Of a DNA stretch of 64,000 nt, positions 47,677 through 57,888 are shown in pieces. Position 1 is the first letter of the stretch, and each line of letters opens with the position of its first letter. Source of the DNA: an uncultured Verrucomicrobiota bacterium (lineage in GTDB: Bacteria > Verrucomicrobiota > Verrucomicrobiia > JABWAM01); NCBI GenBank assembly GCA_964475835.1, contig CAYYYL010000002.1, positions 49,910-113,909 on the forward strand, given 5' to 3'. A program made the position numbers and the translations under genes. The notes beneath the pieces were generated by a model that was not told where the DNA came from, did no database searches, and worked only from the letters and a program-made list of their open reading frames with translations.

Positions 47677-50600
47677 CTATGCCGGCTTGGAGATCTTTTT
47701 TATGCGCCACTGTTGAATCGACAAGAAAATGACTGGGGTTACGAGAAGGATATGAATGAGGCTAGAGATCATGCCCCCGATTACGGGTGCGGCAATGGGA
47801 CGCATGATTTCAATGCCGGTTCGTTCGTTGGAGAAGATGGGAAGCATGAGTGGGACAAGGCTTGCGAGGACCGTGGAAACAGTCATCACCTTGGGGCGCA
47901 TGCGCAGAGCCGCCCCTTCCAAAATTGCTTCCATGAGTTGGGGACGTGTTAAATGACCTCCCTGGGCCTTGGAATGGCGTTTAACAGCCTCCTCAAGGTA
48001 GATGACCATGACCACCCCTGTTTGGACTGCGGTTCCAAACAGTGCGATGTAGCCCACCCACACCGCCACTGAAAAATCATAGTTCAACATCCATTGAAGG
48101 AAGACTCCCCCTGTCAGAGCGAAAGGAACGGCCAGAAGAACGTGGGCGGCTTCAAGGAAGGATCGATAGACCATGTACAGAAGCACAAAGATGATCATGA
48201 TGACGACCGGGCCCACGATAAAAAGGGTCCGATGAACCCGGAGGAGATTCTCGTACTCGCCTCCCCATGAAATGGTGTACCCGGGAGGAAGGGTGATCTG
48301 ATTGATTTTCTGTTTTGCCTCTTCAACAAAACCGCCAAGGTCCCTGCCTCGAACATTGCATTGCACAAAAACACGCAGTTGTCCGTTTTCACTCGAAATC
48401 ATGGATGGACCCGTGGAGGAGTGAATTTCCGCCACTTTTCCAAGGGGAATGGATGCCCCATTCATGGAGGAGACCAGAATGTTTGCAATGGCCTCCGGAC
48501 TGTCCCGTAATTCCCGGGCATAACGAAGTCGCACGGGAAACCTCTGTCGACCTTCAATGGTGGTAGTCAGGTTTCGACCTCCAATGGCGGTCTCAATGAC
48601 ATCCAATACCTCGTCCATTTTAACTCCATAACGGGCGAGATCGTTGCGCTTGAGCTCAATTTCCAGGTAGGGGCTCCCCACCCCGCGTTCTGCGTAAATG
48701 TCAGCGGCACCGGGAATTGTTCGCAGGAGGCCTTCGACCTCGATGGCTTTTGCCTCGAGTGTTTTGAGGTCATCGCCAAATAATTTAACGGCGATTTGGG
48801 TGCGCACACCGGTGTTCAGCATCAGCACCCGATTCTGAATCGGTTGCAAAAAAGCGGGAGTGAATCCCGGTATGTGACTGACGGCGTCGGTCATCTCCGC
48901 TATCAGGCTGTTCTTGGTCACGCCGGCACGCCAGAGATGCTCTGGTTTCAATGTGATGGTGGTTTCGATCATGGAGACGGGCGCTGGGTCGGTCGCTGTT
49001 TCCGCCCGCCCCAATTTTCCCACGACCTCCTCCACTTCAGGAAACTGATGAAGGATGCGGTCCTGTTCAGCCATCACCTTTTGAACCTCGGTAATGGAGG
49101 CGCTTGGAATGGTGGTGGGCATGAAAAGCAAGGCTCGTTCGTTAAGTGGGGGCATGAATTCCACCCCAAAACGGGTTGCCAGAAATGCCGCGCTTAAAAA
49201 AAGTGCGCCGGCGATTCCGAGAGTTGCGGCCCTGTGGTTCAATGCAAGGCGCAGAATGGGTAGATAAATGCGAAGCAGGATTCGCATGAGGGGATTTTCG
49301 TTTTCGTCATGAATCTTTCCCCTTACGAGAAGGGTGCAGAGCACCGGTACCAGGGTGACGGCGATGGCGGTGGAGGCGATCATCGCAAAAGTCTTGGTGA
49401 AGGCCAGGGGGTGAAACAGCTTTCCCTCCTGCCCTGTCAGGGCAAATACTGGAATGAATGCGAGGATGATGATGGCCATCGAATAGAAAATGGGACGGAC
49501 AACCAATTTCGTGGCATCAAGGGTGATTTCTACAATATGAGTTCGTAGAAAACTATTTTTCTCAGAATCGCTTGCATGAGGGATTTCCCTCCGGATGCGA
49601 ATGTGGGCTTCCCTCATCACACATTCCGTGACAACGATCCCTGCGTCGACCAGAACGCCGATGGCGATGGCAATTCCGGAGAGGCTCATGATGTTGGATG
49701 TAAGGCCAAATTGTTTCATCATCACAAACGCCATGAGGATGGAGAGCGGGAGCGGAATGGTCACAATGGCGATGGATCGGAAATGGAATAGGAAGATGAT
49801 GTGGGCAAGCGTCACCAGGATGATGGCCTCCAGAAGGGCAAAACGAAGGGTCTGAACCGCTCGGGCGATCAATTCACTCCGATCATAAAAGGGGCGAATC
49901 TCCACTCCCTCCGGAAGCCCCCGCTGAATTTCACTGATTTTGGCTTTCACGCGATCAATCAGCTCACTTGTGCTCACCCCGTAGCGGGCAACGACGATGC
50001 CGCCGACGATTTCCTCGCCATTGCGATCCAGGGCGCCGCGTCGGAATTCAGGGCCCAGTTGGACGCTTGCCACATCCCGTACCAGAACCGGTTGGCCATC
50101 CCGATAGTCCACAAGGACCCGTTCGATGTCTTCCGTGGAGTGAAACAAGCCAAGTCCGCGAACCAGAAATTCCATCCGGTTTTGCTCGATCACATTTCCC
50201 CCGACGTTGTTATTTGATCCCATGACGGCTTCCGCAACCTGTTTCAAGGTTACGTTGTACGAGCGCAATTTATTGGGATCGACGTCAATCTGGTATTGGC
50301 GGACAAACCCACCAACCGAAGCGACCTCCGCCACGCCGGGGACCGAATTGAGTTGGTAGCGTACAAACCAGTCTTGCAGGCCCCGCAACTCACCAAGGTC
50401 ATGCCCCTTCCCCATGGCTGATGCTCTGGAAGTGTCGAGGTAGTACTCATAGATCCAACCCAAGCCCGTGGCGTCGGGGCCAAGAGTGGGTGTGACCCCT
50501 CTCGGGAGGGACCCTCCAAGCGTGCCCAGTTTTTCGAGGACGCGTGCCCGTGCGAAATAGGTGTCCACGCTGTCTTCAAACACAAGGGTCACCATGGAAA

Positions 50601-50868
50601 AACCGAAGTTGGAATTCGCCCGTATGCTTTTTACTCCGGCCAGGCCCCGAAGATTGACGCTGAGGGGGTAAGTGACCTGGTCCTCGATCTCCTGGGCTGC
50701 CCGGCCTGGCCACTCGGCGAAAACAATGACCTGGTTTTCACTCAAATCCGGAATCGCATCAATGGGGGTATGATAAGCCGCCCAGATCCCCCACCCTGTA
50801 AGCAGAAGATAGGCGATCAGGACCAGGAAGCGATTTCGCAAAGACCACTCAATGAGTTTCTGGATCAT
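47677..50868 (-). CDS. cusA: CusA/CzcA-family heavy-metal efflux RND permease
   Basis: Twelve-TM RND architecture. The N-terminus [23 protein letters not shown] and the conserved [16 protein letters not shown] are typical of CusA/CzcA. The ATG at 50868 is preferred; it leaves a 4-bp gap after cusB. Confidence 0.9.
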   Translation of the reverse strand: MIQKLIEWSLRNRFLVLIAYLLLTGWGIWAAYHTPIDAIPDLSENQVIVFAEWPGRAAQEIEDQVTYPLSVNLRGLAGVKSIRANSNFGFSMVTLVFEDSVDTYFARARVLEKLGTLGGSLPRGVTPTLGPDATGLGWIYEYYLDTSRASAMGKGHDLGELRGLQDWFVRYQLNSVPGVAEVASVGGFVRQYQIDVDPNKLRSYNVTLKQVAEAVMGSNNNVGGNVIEQNRMEFLVRGLGLFHSTEDIERVLVDYRDGQPVLVRDVASVQLGPEFRRGALDRNGEEIVGGIVVARYGVSTSELIDRVKAKISEIQRGLPEGVEIRPFYDRSELIARAVQTLRFALLEAIILVTLAHIIFLFHFRSIAIVTIPLPLSILMAFVMMKQFGLTSNIMSLSGIAIAIGVLVDAGIVVTECVMREAHIRIRREIPHASDSEKNSFLRTHIVEITLDATKLVVRPIFYSMAIIILAFIPVFALTGQEGKLFHPLAFTKTFAMIASTAIAVTLVPVLCTLLVRGKIHDENENPLMRILLRIYLPILRLALNHRAATLGIAGALFLSAAFLATRFGVEFMPPLNERALLFMPTTIPSASITEVQKVMAEQDRILHQFPEVEEVVGKLGRAETATDPAPVSMIETTITLKPEHLWRAGVTKNSLIAEMTDAVSHIPGFTPAFLQPIQNRVLMLNTGVRTQIAVKLFGDDLKTLEAKAIEVEGLLRTIPGAADIYAERGVGSPYLEIELKRNDLARYGVKMDEVLDVIETAIGGRNLTTTIEGRQRFPVRLRYARELRDSPEAIANILVSSMNGASIPLGKVAEIHSSTGPSMISSENGQLRVFVQCNVRGRDLGGFVEEAKQKINQITLPPGYTISWGGEYENLLRVHRTLFIVGPVVIMIIFVLLYMVYRSFLEAAHVLLAVPFALTGGVFLQWMLNYDFSVAVWVGYIALFGTAVQTGVVMVIYLEEAVKRHSKAQGGHLTRPQLMEAILEGAALRMRPKVMTVSTVLASLVPLMLPIFSNERTGIEIMRPIAAPVIGGMISSLIHILLVTPVIFLSIQQWRIKKISKPA

Positions 50869-50872
50869 GGAG

Positions 50873-52318
50873 TCAATGGGTGTGACCCTGGCTGGTTGTG
50901 GAGGGGGGGATCGTTGGTTGGGAGGCATCCTGGGAGGTTGCAGGGGCGCTTCGCAATTGCGCCTGGGCATCAATCAGGAACGCGCCCGCAGAAACGATGG
51001 TCTCTCCATCTTCCAATCCTTCAAGGATCTGGGTGTAGTGAGTGGTCACGGTCCCGATCCTTACATTTCGCTGAACAAAGAGACCGCTTTCCTTGCGAAT
51101 ATAGACAACGTGGCGGGTTCCTAGATCGAGGATGGCTGAATTCGGAACACTCAGAACCTGCTCCCCAAGGGGGATTTCCAGGTTGCCTGTCGCGCTTAAG
51201 TTAGGCAGGAGGCGATGATCCTTGTTCGGGACCGTGAAGCGGACAGGAACCGTCCGGCTGTTGGTGTCAATGGCGCGGCTGATGAAGGAAAGGGTTCCGG
51301 GAAAGGTTTCACCAGGAAATGATTTTGTAGTCAAACGGACTTTCTGACCTGTGCGGAGGAGGCCCAGATCGGGTTCAAAAACCTGGCCGTTGAACCAGAG
51401 TTCATCCAGGGGAACAATATGGTAAAGAACCTGGTCGATCTTTGCCAGTTCACCGATGTGCACCATGTTTCCGACGATGGACCCCGAAATGGGAGAGCGG
51501 ATGATGACTTCCGGTTTAGCTGTTTTCTCACTTTTTAATCGTTCGAGATCCTCCGGGGTAAAACCGATACGTTCGAGACGTTCCTGTCCAACGGCGATGA
51601 CCGAATCCAGAAGTTCCCGTTCGTAAAAGGTGCTCATCCAGCGATCCCTTACTGCCCGAAGGTATTCTTCCTGCAATTTGAGGGCTTCGGTGGAATAGAT
51701 GGAGACAAGCGGATCTCCGCGTTTGACTTCGGTTTGATTGAAATCGACAAACTGCTTTTCAATCCTCCCCTCCACAAGGGGGACAATATCCCGATGTTGA
51801 TTCAAATCGTAACCCAAGGTTCCAAAAATCAGCAGCTCCCGCGAAAGTCTGCGTTTTTGAACCTCTTCGGTTCTTACGGCTGCCTGACGAATGCCTTCCT
51901 CGGTGAGCCTTACTTCGGTCATAATCGACTCATGTCTCCCGACCGAGTCATAAACGGGAATAAGATCCATTCCGCAAATCGGGCACTTGCCCGGGTGGTC
52001 GGAATGGATTTGGGCATGCATGCTGCAGGTATAGTGGGTAAGTTTGCGTTCCTGCTTTTCAGGTTGAGGACTTGTCTGGCTGGGAGCGGATTGCATCCGG
52101 ACGGCGACCAGATCCATTCCGCAGATGGGACAGCGGCCGGGTTTTTCTGAGCGGATCTGGGGGTGCATGCTACAGGTGTAGTAGGTGACATCGTTTGTGC
52201 CCTTGGTGGAGTTTGTGGTTGCAGCAGGTGCGTTGGATTGAGAGCAGCCTTGAAGGAGTAGAATCGCGCCCAGCAATAAAAGGCCCACGGAGGATCGGAT
52301 CCAGGGTAAGTTTTTCAT
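50873..52318 (-). CDS. cusB: RND efflux periplasmic adaptor (CusB-like membrane fusion protein), lipoprotein, with two tandem N-terminal Cys-rich metal-binding-like repeats
   Basis: Lipobox LLLQGCS. Two repeats, [25 protein letters not shown] and [25 protein letters not shown], followed by the MFP beta-barrel/lipoyl domains. The ATG at 52318 is preferred over the long ORF-track extension. Confidence 0.8.
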   Translation of the reverse strand: MKNLPWIRSSVGLLLLGAILLLQGCSQSNAPAATTNSTKGTNDVTYYTCSMHPQIRSEKPGRCPICGMDLVAVRMQSAPSQTSPQPEKQERKLTHYTCSMHAQIHSDHPGKCPICGMDLIPVYDSVGRHESIMTEVRLTEEGIRQAAVRTEEVQKRRLSRELLIFGTLGYDLNQHRDIVPLVEGRIEKQFVDFNQTEVKRGDPLVSIYSTEALKLQEEYLRAVRDRWMSTFYERELLDSVIAVGQERLERIGFTPEDLERLKSEKTAKPEVIIRSPISGSIVGNMVHIGELAKIDQVLYHIVPLDELWFNGQVFEPDLGLLRTGQKVRLTTKSFPGETFPGTLSFISRAIDTNSRTVPVRFTVPNKDHRLLPNLSATGNLEIPLGEQVLSVPNSAILDLGTRHVVYIRKESGLFVQRNVRIGTVTTHYTQILEGLEDGETIVSAGAFLIDAQAQLRSAPATSQDASQPTIPPSTTSQGHTH

Positions 52319-52323
52319 AAGGC

Positions 52324-52980
52324 TTAAAATTGAGCTGCGATCTGCATTCCCAGAACGGGATGCCACTCCCAGTCGGTTTCGCCACGTTCGTCCAGGCGCA
52401 TCCAGTAGACCTGAGCCTCCCAATGGCGGACAATCGGCACTCCCACTCCCACAGCGAGTTGGTTTTCCATGAAGCGGCCCTCCTGGATGGAATAGAGCCA
52501 CTTTTCCGAAACAAAAGGATCGATCTGGATCGATCCGATTTTCCATGAAGTTCCAAAGGAGGTCTGATTGCTGTAAACCGCCTGCCAGGTTTCGGACTCA
52601 TCCTGCGGGACCGGAAATTCCATGCGGAAGCGGTTGGAAAGACTCCAGTCTTTGATGGGAATATCCATGGTGGCGGAAAAACTCGGTTTGTGGGTTGTTT
52701 CGTCTTCCTCACCAAATCGCTGGTCCTGTTCGTAGGCCATCGCGAAGGTCCAGCGTGGCGAGTAACGCCAGACCAACATGGGTTCGATCTCATCATAGAT
52801 GGGATCTGAAATGTCCTTTTCGACACGGCCCTGGGCCCGCAGGCTGAGGTCAAGGGAGGAAGCGACAACCTGGGTCCAGGAAGCTTCGGTCCATAGCTGC
52901 CAGTCCCCGTCCGCAGCGTGTAGTTTTGGAAGAAGCGCCAACAGGAGGCTGATAAAAAGCGTTGAGCTGAGGTGTTTCAT
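52324..52980 (-). CDS. Small secreted beta-barrel-like outer-membrane protein candidate (possibly DUF2490-like) in the position where an outer-membrane factor would be expected
   Basis: Signal peptide MKHLSSTLFISLLLALLPKLHAA. Alternating amphipathic beta-strand pattern. C-terminal ...AAQF with a terminal aromatic residue, as in OMP beta-barrel signatures. Confidence 0.45.
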   Translation of the reverse strand: MKHLSSTLFISLLLALLPKLHAADGDWQLWTEASWTQVVASSLDLSLRAQGRVEKDISDPIYDEIEPMLVWRYSPRWTFAMAYEQDQRFGEEDETTHKPSFSATMDIPIKDWSLSNRFRMEFPVPQDESETWQAVYSNQTSFGTSWKIGSIQIDPFVSEKWLYSIQEGRFMENQLAVGVGVPIVRHWEAQVYWMRLDERGETDWEWHPVLGMQIAAQF

Positions 52981-53453
52981 TGCAGAAATTCGAGGGGACA
53001 GGTGGCTGCCACGGCATCGCCGAATTTTTTCAGGAATTGGGCCCGCTGTTCCGGAGTGAGCAGTTGGGAGACAGCAAGAATGTGCTGCATGGTAAGTTCA
53101 TCCGTCGCATGCTGCGCCTCGGACATCTCCCTTTGCAGGGCGCTCATGGCGGCAGCATCCGTGGCTCCGGCCTGAAACATATGGGCGATTTTCATTCGAG
53201 CTGAGCAGTGGCGCTGGCAACATTCCTTCACATTTTGGTGGTAGTTGGTTTCAAGCGCTTCGATTTTGGATTTTTGTTCCTTCGAGAGCTGTAAATCCGC
53301 GAACAAGGCTTCGGATTTCATCGAGGTGGGCATGGATTGAGCCATCCGGTCGGTGAGGTCCCGGGCTTTCCAACCGAGGAGCGCCAGACAGGAGACGCCA
53401 ATAAGAAGGAGAAAAAGGGTTCCTCCCAGCCATTGCTTGGTTTTCGATTTCAT
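52977..53453 (-). CDS. Periplasmic LTxxQ-motif protein (Spy/CpxP/ZraP-like stress or metal-binding family)
   Basis: Signal/TM anchor MKSKTKQWLGGTLFLLLIGVSCLALLG. Motifs LSKEQKSKI and LTPEQRAQF. The body is helical and His/Met-containing. Confidence 0.55.
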   Translation of the reverse strand: MKSKTKQWLGGTLFLLLIGVSCLALLGWKARDLTDRMAQSMPTSMKSEALFADLQLSKEQKSKIEALETNYHQNVKECCQRHCSARMKIAHMFQAGATDAAAMSALQREMSEAQHATDELTMQHILAVSQLLTPEQRAQFLKKFGDAVAATCPLEFLQ

Positions 53454-53827
53454 GGGTGATTTTTGTCTTCGAGTTTGAGATAGGTTCCGGCAAGTGAAGC
53501 CTCCCCCAGCGGGCGAGCCAGCTCAGATTGCCAGGTTTGGGTGGCCACGAACTTCGAGTGCTTGTTCAGGCGGACCCATTGAAAACCGGTCATCAATAAA
53601 ACAAGGGAGGCTGCAAGGGGGAAAAGGAGTCTGGGCTCGGGAAACCACTCCGTCCATGAAGGGATGACCCGGGAACGCTTTCCATGGATCTCCCTCATGA
53701 TATTCCGGACTAGGATGCCTTCGTTGCGTGGCGGGCGTGGCTGCCAGGCTTTGAGGAGATCGGAAAGCGAATCGTTGGGTTTCATGGGCTCTATAGGTAT
53801 AACGAACGGACCCATCAAATCCCTCAA
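53450..53827 (-). CDS. Putative anti-sigma factor (single-TM membrane protein)
   Basis: 125 aa with one TM helix (LLFPLAASLVLLMTGF) and a position downstream of the ECF sigma. The assignment is by context only. Confidence 0.4.
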   Translation of the reverse strand: MRDLMGPFVIPIEPMKPNDSLSDLLKAWQPRPPRNEGILVRNIMREIHGKRSRVIPSWTEWFPEPRLLFPLAASLVLLMTGFQWVRLNKHSKFVATQTWQSELARPLGEASLAGTYLKLEDKNHP

Positions 53828-53881
53828 AAAAACAACCCGCTCCCCAAAGGAGAGCGGGTTATTAACGAAGTGACAGAAGAA

Positions 53882-54124
53882 TCAGCGGATTGAAACACAA
53901 GTAGCGCGGACAGATCCTCCCTTGCTGGAGTAAACCACAACCATTTTTGGTTCGCCGCATTTTCCACAGCACGAATGCCGGGAAGCACAGCTCTGTTCCT
54001 TAAGAGTTGCGGAGCATCCTTTTTGGTGTTTCTTAGACCCCATGGGACATTGGGAAGCATCTCCCGCAAAGGAGACTCCGGCGATGGTGAGAAGAAGGAC
54101 GATGGCGAGTGAGATGGATTTCAT
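53882..54124 (-). CDS. Small secreted cysteine-rich protein (80 aa; seven Cys in a ~60-aa mature region)
   Basis: Signal peptide MKSISLAIVLLLTIAGVSFA, then GDASQCPMGSKKHQKGCSATLKEQSCASRHSCCGKCGEPKM.... Located between the ECF sigma and the anti-sigma candidate. Confidence 0.45.
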   Translation of the reverse strand: MKSISLAIVLLLTIAGVSFAGDASQCPMGSKKHQKGCSATLKEQSCASRHSCCGKCGEPKMVVVYSSKGGSVRATCVSIR

Positions 54125-54172
54125 AGATGAGACAAGTTCATCATATGAATGAAAAAAACACAAGAGAGAGGT

Positions 54173-54763
54173 TTAATCCGGAAGGAACGGACGCAGCTTG
54201 CTCCGAAGAGCCTGTCGGGCACGGTAGATTTGCATTTCAATCTTTTTGGGCGATCCTCCCAGGATCGCAGCTATTTCGCGATGTCCAAAACCCTCGTATT
54301 CCGCAAGGACAAACGCGGTCCGCTGATCCGGAGGAAGTCCGGCAACGGCCTTTTCCACGGCATCGGATAATTCGTTTTGAGCGACCCCGGGATCGAGAGC
54401 ACCATGGACTTCACTTAGGGTGGCATAGATGTTGCCACTGGGATCGGGAAGTACCGGATTTCTTGCTCTTCGCCGAAGGGCATCCACAGCTTTGCGTACC
54501 CCAATTTGGAAAAGCCACGACTGGAATGTTCCACTCGGCTGGTATCGAGGAAGGGATCGGTATCCCTGGATAAATGTCTCCTGAGCGACGTCCCGGGCCT
54601 CATCCCAATCAAAAAGCATGCGGTAGAGGGTGGCCTGCAATCTTCCTCCAAATGTTTCAATGAGTAATTGGAAGAATGAGTCGTCTCCCCCCTTCACTCG
54701 CCTGATCCAATCCTGAATTTGCGCCTCGGATGGTGCGGCATGTTCACTGGGATCGGAATTCAT
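54173..54763 (-). CDS. ECF-family RNA polymerase sigma-70 factor
   Basis: Sigma region 2 (ARDVAQETFIQGYRSL) and region 4 (RTAFVLAEYEGFGHREIAAILGGSPKKIEMQIYRAR). Start taken at MNSDPSEH (54763). Confidence 0.85.
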   Translation of the reverse strand: MNSDPSEHAAPSEAQIQDWIRRVKGGDDSFFQLLIETFGGRLQATLYRMLFDWDEARDVAQETFIQGYRSLPRYQPSGTFQSWLFQIGVRKAVDALRRRARNPVLPDPSGNIYATLSEVHGALDPGVAQNELSDAVEKAVAGLPPDQRTAFVLAEYEGFGHREIAAILGGSPKKIEMQIYRARQALRSKLRPFLPD

Positions 54764-54856
54764 CCAAACGGCACCATTCCGAAAACCTGCATTGAAATCA
54801 ACGAGATCCGTTTCGAAGTTGGCATTTTGAAAATTCACGAGCATCCTCTTCGAAGG

Positions 54857-56140
54857 ATGAAGTTTATCTGGAGAATGGCTGCTGTCGTGGGGATTTTGAC
54901 CGCTGTTTTAGCGGGAATCCTGGCGGGGTGCCATCGAACTCCCCCCGTACTGCTTCATGTGGCGCTCTGGTTGCCGGACGAGGAGCTTGAGGCACTGACC
55001 AAACAAGTAGAGGAGTTTCAACGGGAGCATCCTTCCGTGCGGGTGGAGATCATGCGTTTGCGAAACGGCGAGGAGGCGCGGCAGAATCTGTCGTCCGGGG
55101 CTGCGACAGGGGTTCTTCCCGATATCTGTATGTTGTCGGCCCGGGATCTGGTCTGGTGGGCTAATTCCCAGACTCTTGCGGACTTGACGCCATTTCATCC
55201 TGATACCCATGCCTTCCATCCCGATCTCCTCACTGCATTTTCGCGAGGGGGGAAGCTTCTTGCGATCCCCTGTGGCTGGTCCACTTCCCTGCTCTACTAC
55301 AATCGGGAAATTTTTCAAAAACAAGGAGTGCCATTTCCCCGTGGGTTCTGGCATTGGACGGACCTTTTGACCGCAGCCCAGGCGCTGACATTGGTTAATG
55401 AGGATGGAAAGGTGTTTCAGCATGGGTTGGAGCTCGATCCTGAAATGGGATCCTGGGCGCCCTTTGTCTGGCAGAATCGTGGAGAAATGATTCGGTCAGA
55501 TGGGAGCTGGTGCCTTACGGATCCGCAATTTCTCCAATCCAATCTCCGAGCGATTGATTTTTACGCGGGCCTTGTGCGAGAGCATCGTGTGGCGGCGCTG
55601 GATCGTGATGCCAGTCACCATTTGTTCCTGGAACAGAAATGTGCGATGACCTTGGGACCGCGGAGTCTTGGTCGTGAATTGGCGCTTCAGTCCCGGTTTG
55701 AATGGGATGTGGCTCCCCTTCCACGCGGGGAATGTTTCGCGGATCTCCTGGATGCATGGGGTTATGCCCTCTCCAGTCAGTCCCCTCATCCTACCGAGGC
55801 GTTTGAGCTGATTCAGTTTCTCACCCGGGAAACGGCTCTGGCGACCATGATGCAGCGAGGCTATGTGGCTCCCCCTCTGACAAATCTTTTCGCCTCCCGT
55901 TTGTTTTTGGATTTCCCCGGCATTCACCCTGCGAACAATCAAGCGTGGATCGACAGCCTTCCCATCAGCCGGGTGCCCGCCTTTGCCAGCAACATGCAAA
56001 AGGTGGGTGAGATCATGTCGGGAGAAATGCTCGCCCTGATGTCTGCCACCAATGTGAGCGCCCGAAGCGCGTTGGAACATATGGAGGCACGACTAGAAGA
56101 GTTGACCTTGTTAAGCGCACCCTCTAAATCCAGCCCATGA
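54857..56140 (+). CDS. ABC transporter substrate-binding lipoprotein (family 1, sugar-type); orphan with no adjacent permease or ATPase
   Basis: Lipobox LAGCH, with an SBP_bac_1-like composition and length (~427 aa). Confidence 0.65.
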   Translation: MKFIWRMAAVVGILTAVLAGILAGCHRTPPVLLHVALWLPDEELEALTKQVEEFQREHPSVRVEIMRLRNGEEARQNLSSGAATGVLPDICMLSARDLVWWANSQTLADLTPFHPDTHAFHPDLLTAFSRGGKLLAIPCGWSTSLLYYNREIFQKQGVPFPRGFWHWTDLLTAAQALTLVNEDGKVFQHGLELDPEMGSWAPFVWQNRGEMIRSDGSWCLTDPQFLQSNLRAIDFYAGLVREHRVAALDRDASHHLFLEQKCAMTLGPRSLGRELALQSRFEWDVAPLPRGECFADLLDAWGYALSSQSPHPTEAFELIQFLTRETALATMMQRGYVAPPLTNLFASRLFLDFPGIHPANNQAWIDSLPISRVPAFASNMQKVGEIMSGEMLALMSATNVSARSALEHMEARLEELTLLSAPSKSSP

Positions 56141-56535
56141 AAGACTCCCTTATCCTTTTTCTGCCAGCATTGGTCTTGATCCTTACGGCTTGTGATGTGA
56201 AGGGGCCATCGACAGCCCCTGCGGCATCTACAAGTTCCTCGACACCATCCGGGAATCGCCCGACGGTTTATACCAATTCCGAGTCTGTGGTGGATGCCCC
56301 GGCGAATTACGTGGGTGCGGTGCTTTCGAAAAAACTGGAAACCGAATCCCGCATGGAGCTGCTCAATGTACGACGGGCGATTGATTCCTTTCGGGAACAG
56401 GAGGAGCGTCCTCCAGTCTCTCTAAATGAACTTGTGGAGAAGGGTTATTTGAAGGTGGTCCCCCAACCTCCTCGGGGTCAGAGTTTTCACTACAATTCCT
56501 CGGATGGATCTGTCCGCTTGGTTCCCGCTTCCTGA
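56137..56535 (+). CDS. Small lipoprotein of unknown function
   Basis: Lipobox LILTACD. 132 aa. Overlaps the upstream gene by 4 bp. Confidence 0.45.
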   Translation: MKDSLILFLPALVLILTACDVKGPSTAPAASTSSSTPSGNRPTVYTNSESVVDAPANYVGAVLSKKLETESRMELLNVRRAIDSFREQEERPPVSLNELVEKGYLKVVPQPPRGQSFHYNSSDGSVRLVPAS

Positions 56536-56544
56536 CACGATTTT

Positions 56545-57888
56545 GTGAAGGAGACTCTGCCGAAATCCATTGGAAACGCTTATGGATTTCAGGCGTTCAA
56601 CACCATTTCCTGGCAGATCTGCCTGGGAACCCCCCTCATCCTGTTTGCAAGGGAATTGGGGGCAAGTTCCACGACCATTGGCATCCTTTCCGGACTGACC
56701 CCTTTGTTGACGGTGGCCCAGCTTCCCGTAGCTCAACATGCCGAGGAGTTCGGATATCGCCGACTCATGCTTCTGGGGTGGTCCACCCGGGTCATTCTTC
56801 TCGGATTTCTCTGTGTTTTGCCAATCCTTCATCCTTATCTGCCGGCGGACACCACGGTGAATCTGCTTTTAGTTGTGATGTTCTTTTTCAATTTGATGCG
56901 AGGGGTGGCCTCGGGGGCATGGTTTCCCTGGATCACTTCTCTCGTTCCGGAATCCTTGCGAGGAGCCTATCTTACCCGGGATCGGGTTTTTATCAATTTC
57001 GCCACCATTCTGGCTCTCGCGATCTCGGCTGGGTTGCTGAAAAAGCATCAGGACATGCACCACTATGCTTTGGTATTTCTCGCCAGTTTTGCCGCTGGCG
57101 TGGCAAGTCTTTGGTTTTTGAACCGCATTCCGGAAGCACGGAGGACTGTGTCTGAAGAAACGAGTCAGACGGGGTTTCGATGGACCCAGGTGTTTCAATA
57201 CCGTGAATTTCGGAGAATCCTTTTTCTCAATGCCATGGTTCAGTTTGCCATTTCCGCAAATGGTCCCTATGTGATCCTATTCCTGAAAGACAAAGCGGGT
57301 GCTGGGGAGGGAACGATTCTTGCCCTTACAGCGGCCTCCGCGGCAATGGCCATGGCGGCGCTTTTTATTGCCGGTAGAAATCTGGATCGAAGTGGCAGCA
57401 AGCCCTACCTGATTCTTGTGGTGTTCTGGTGGATGATATATTTTTTGCTCTGGGCGTTGACGGCCTCCGGCTGGCTTGTTCATCGGCGCGAATGGGCCAT
57501 GGCGCTTCTCGTGGTAAGTGGTTTTTTTGGATGCATTTATGAACTCTCATTCACGCGGTTGTTGATGAATACGATTGGGGACCGCGTGGGGCGCGCCCAT
57601 TTTTATGCGGTTTACGGAGTGATTGTGAGCATTCTCATTGGGGTGATGCCCATTTTCTGGGGGGTAATTCTAGACTGTCTGCGCGACATGGAGTGGAGGA
57701 TTTATGGATGTCCGATGGACGGCTTCACTCTCTTCTTTGCCAGTGAATGGTTGATGATCTTTGTGGTTGCGGTCATTCTCCTGCGTGTGAAGGAACCGAA
57801 ATCGCATTCGACAAGAGTCGTGATGTATGAAATTTTTGTAACGCTTCCTGCCCGGGGGCTTTCCTTCCTTTTTCAACGGTTTCGATGA
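56545..57888 (+). CDS. MFS-family transporter
   Basis: 447 aa with about 12 transmembrane helices in a 6+6 arrangement separated by a loop. Confidence 0.7.
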   Translation: MKETLPKSIGNAYGFQAFNTISWQICLGTPLILFARELGASSTTIGILSGLTPLLTVAQLPVAQHAEEFGYRRLMLLGWSTRVILLGFLCVLPILHPYLPADTTVNLLLVVMFFFNLMRGVASGAWFPWITSLVPESLRGAYLTRDRVFINFATILALAISAGLLKKHQDMHHYALVFLASFAAGVASLWFLNRIPEARRTVSEETSQTGFRWTQVFQYREFRRILFLNAMVQFAISANGPYVILFLKDKAGAGEGTILALTAASAAMAMAALFIAGRNLDRSGSKPYLILVVFWWMIYFLLWALTASGWLVHRREWAMALLVVSGFFGCIYELSFTRLLMNTIGDRVGRAHFYAVYGVIVSILIGVMPIFWGVILDCLRDMEWRIYGCPMDGFTLFFASEWLMIFVVAVILLRVKEPKSHSTRVVMYEIFVTLPARGLSFLFQRFR

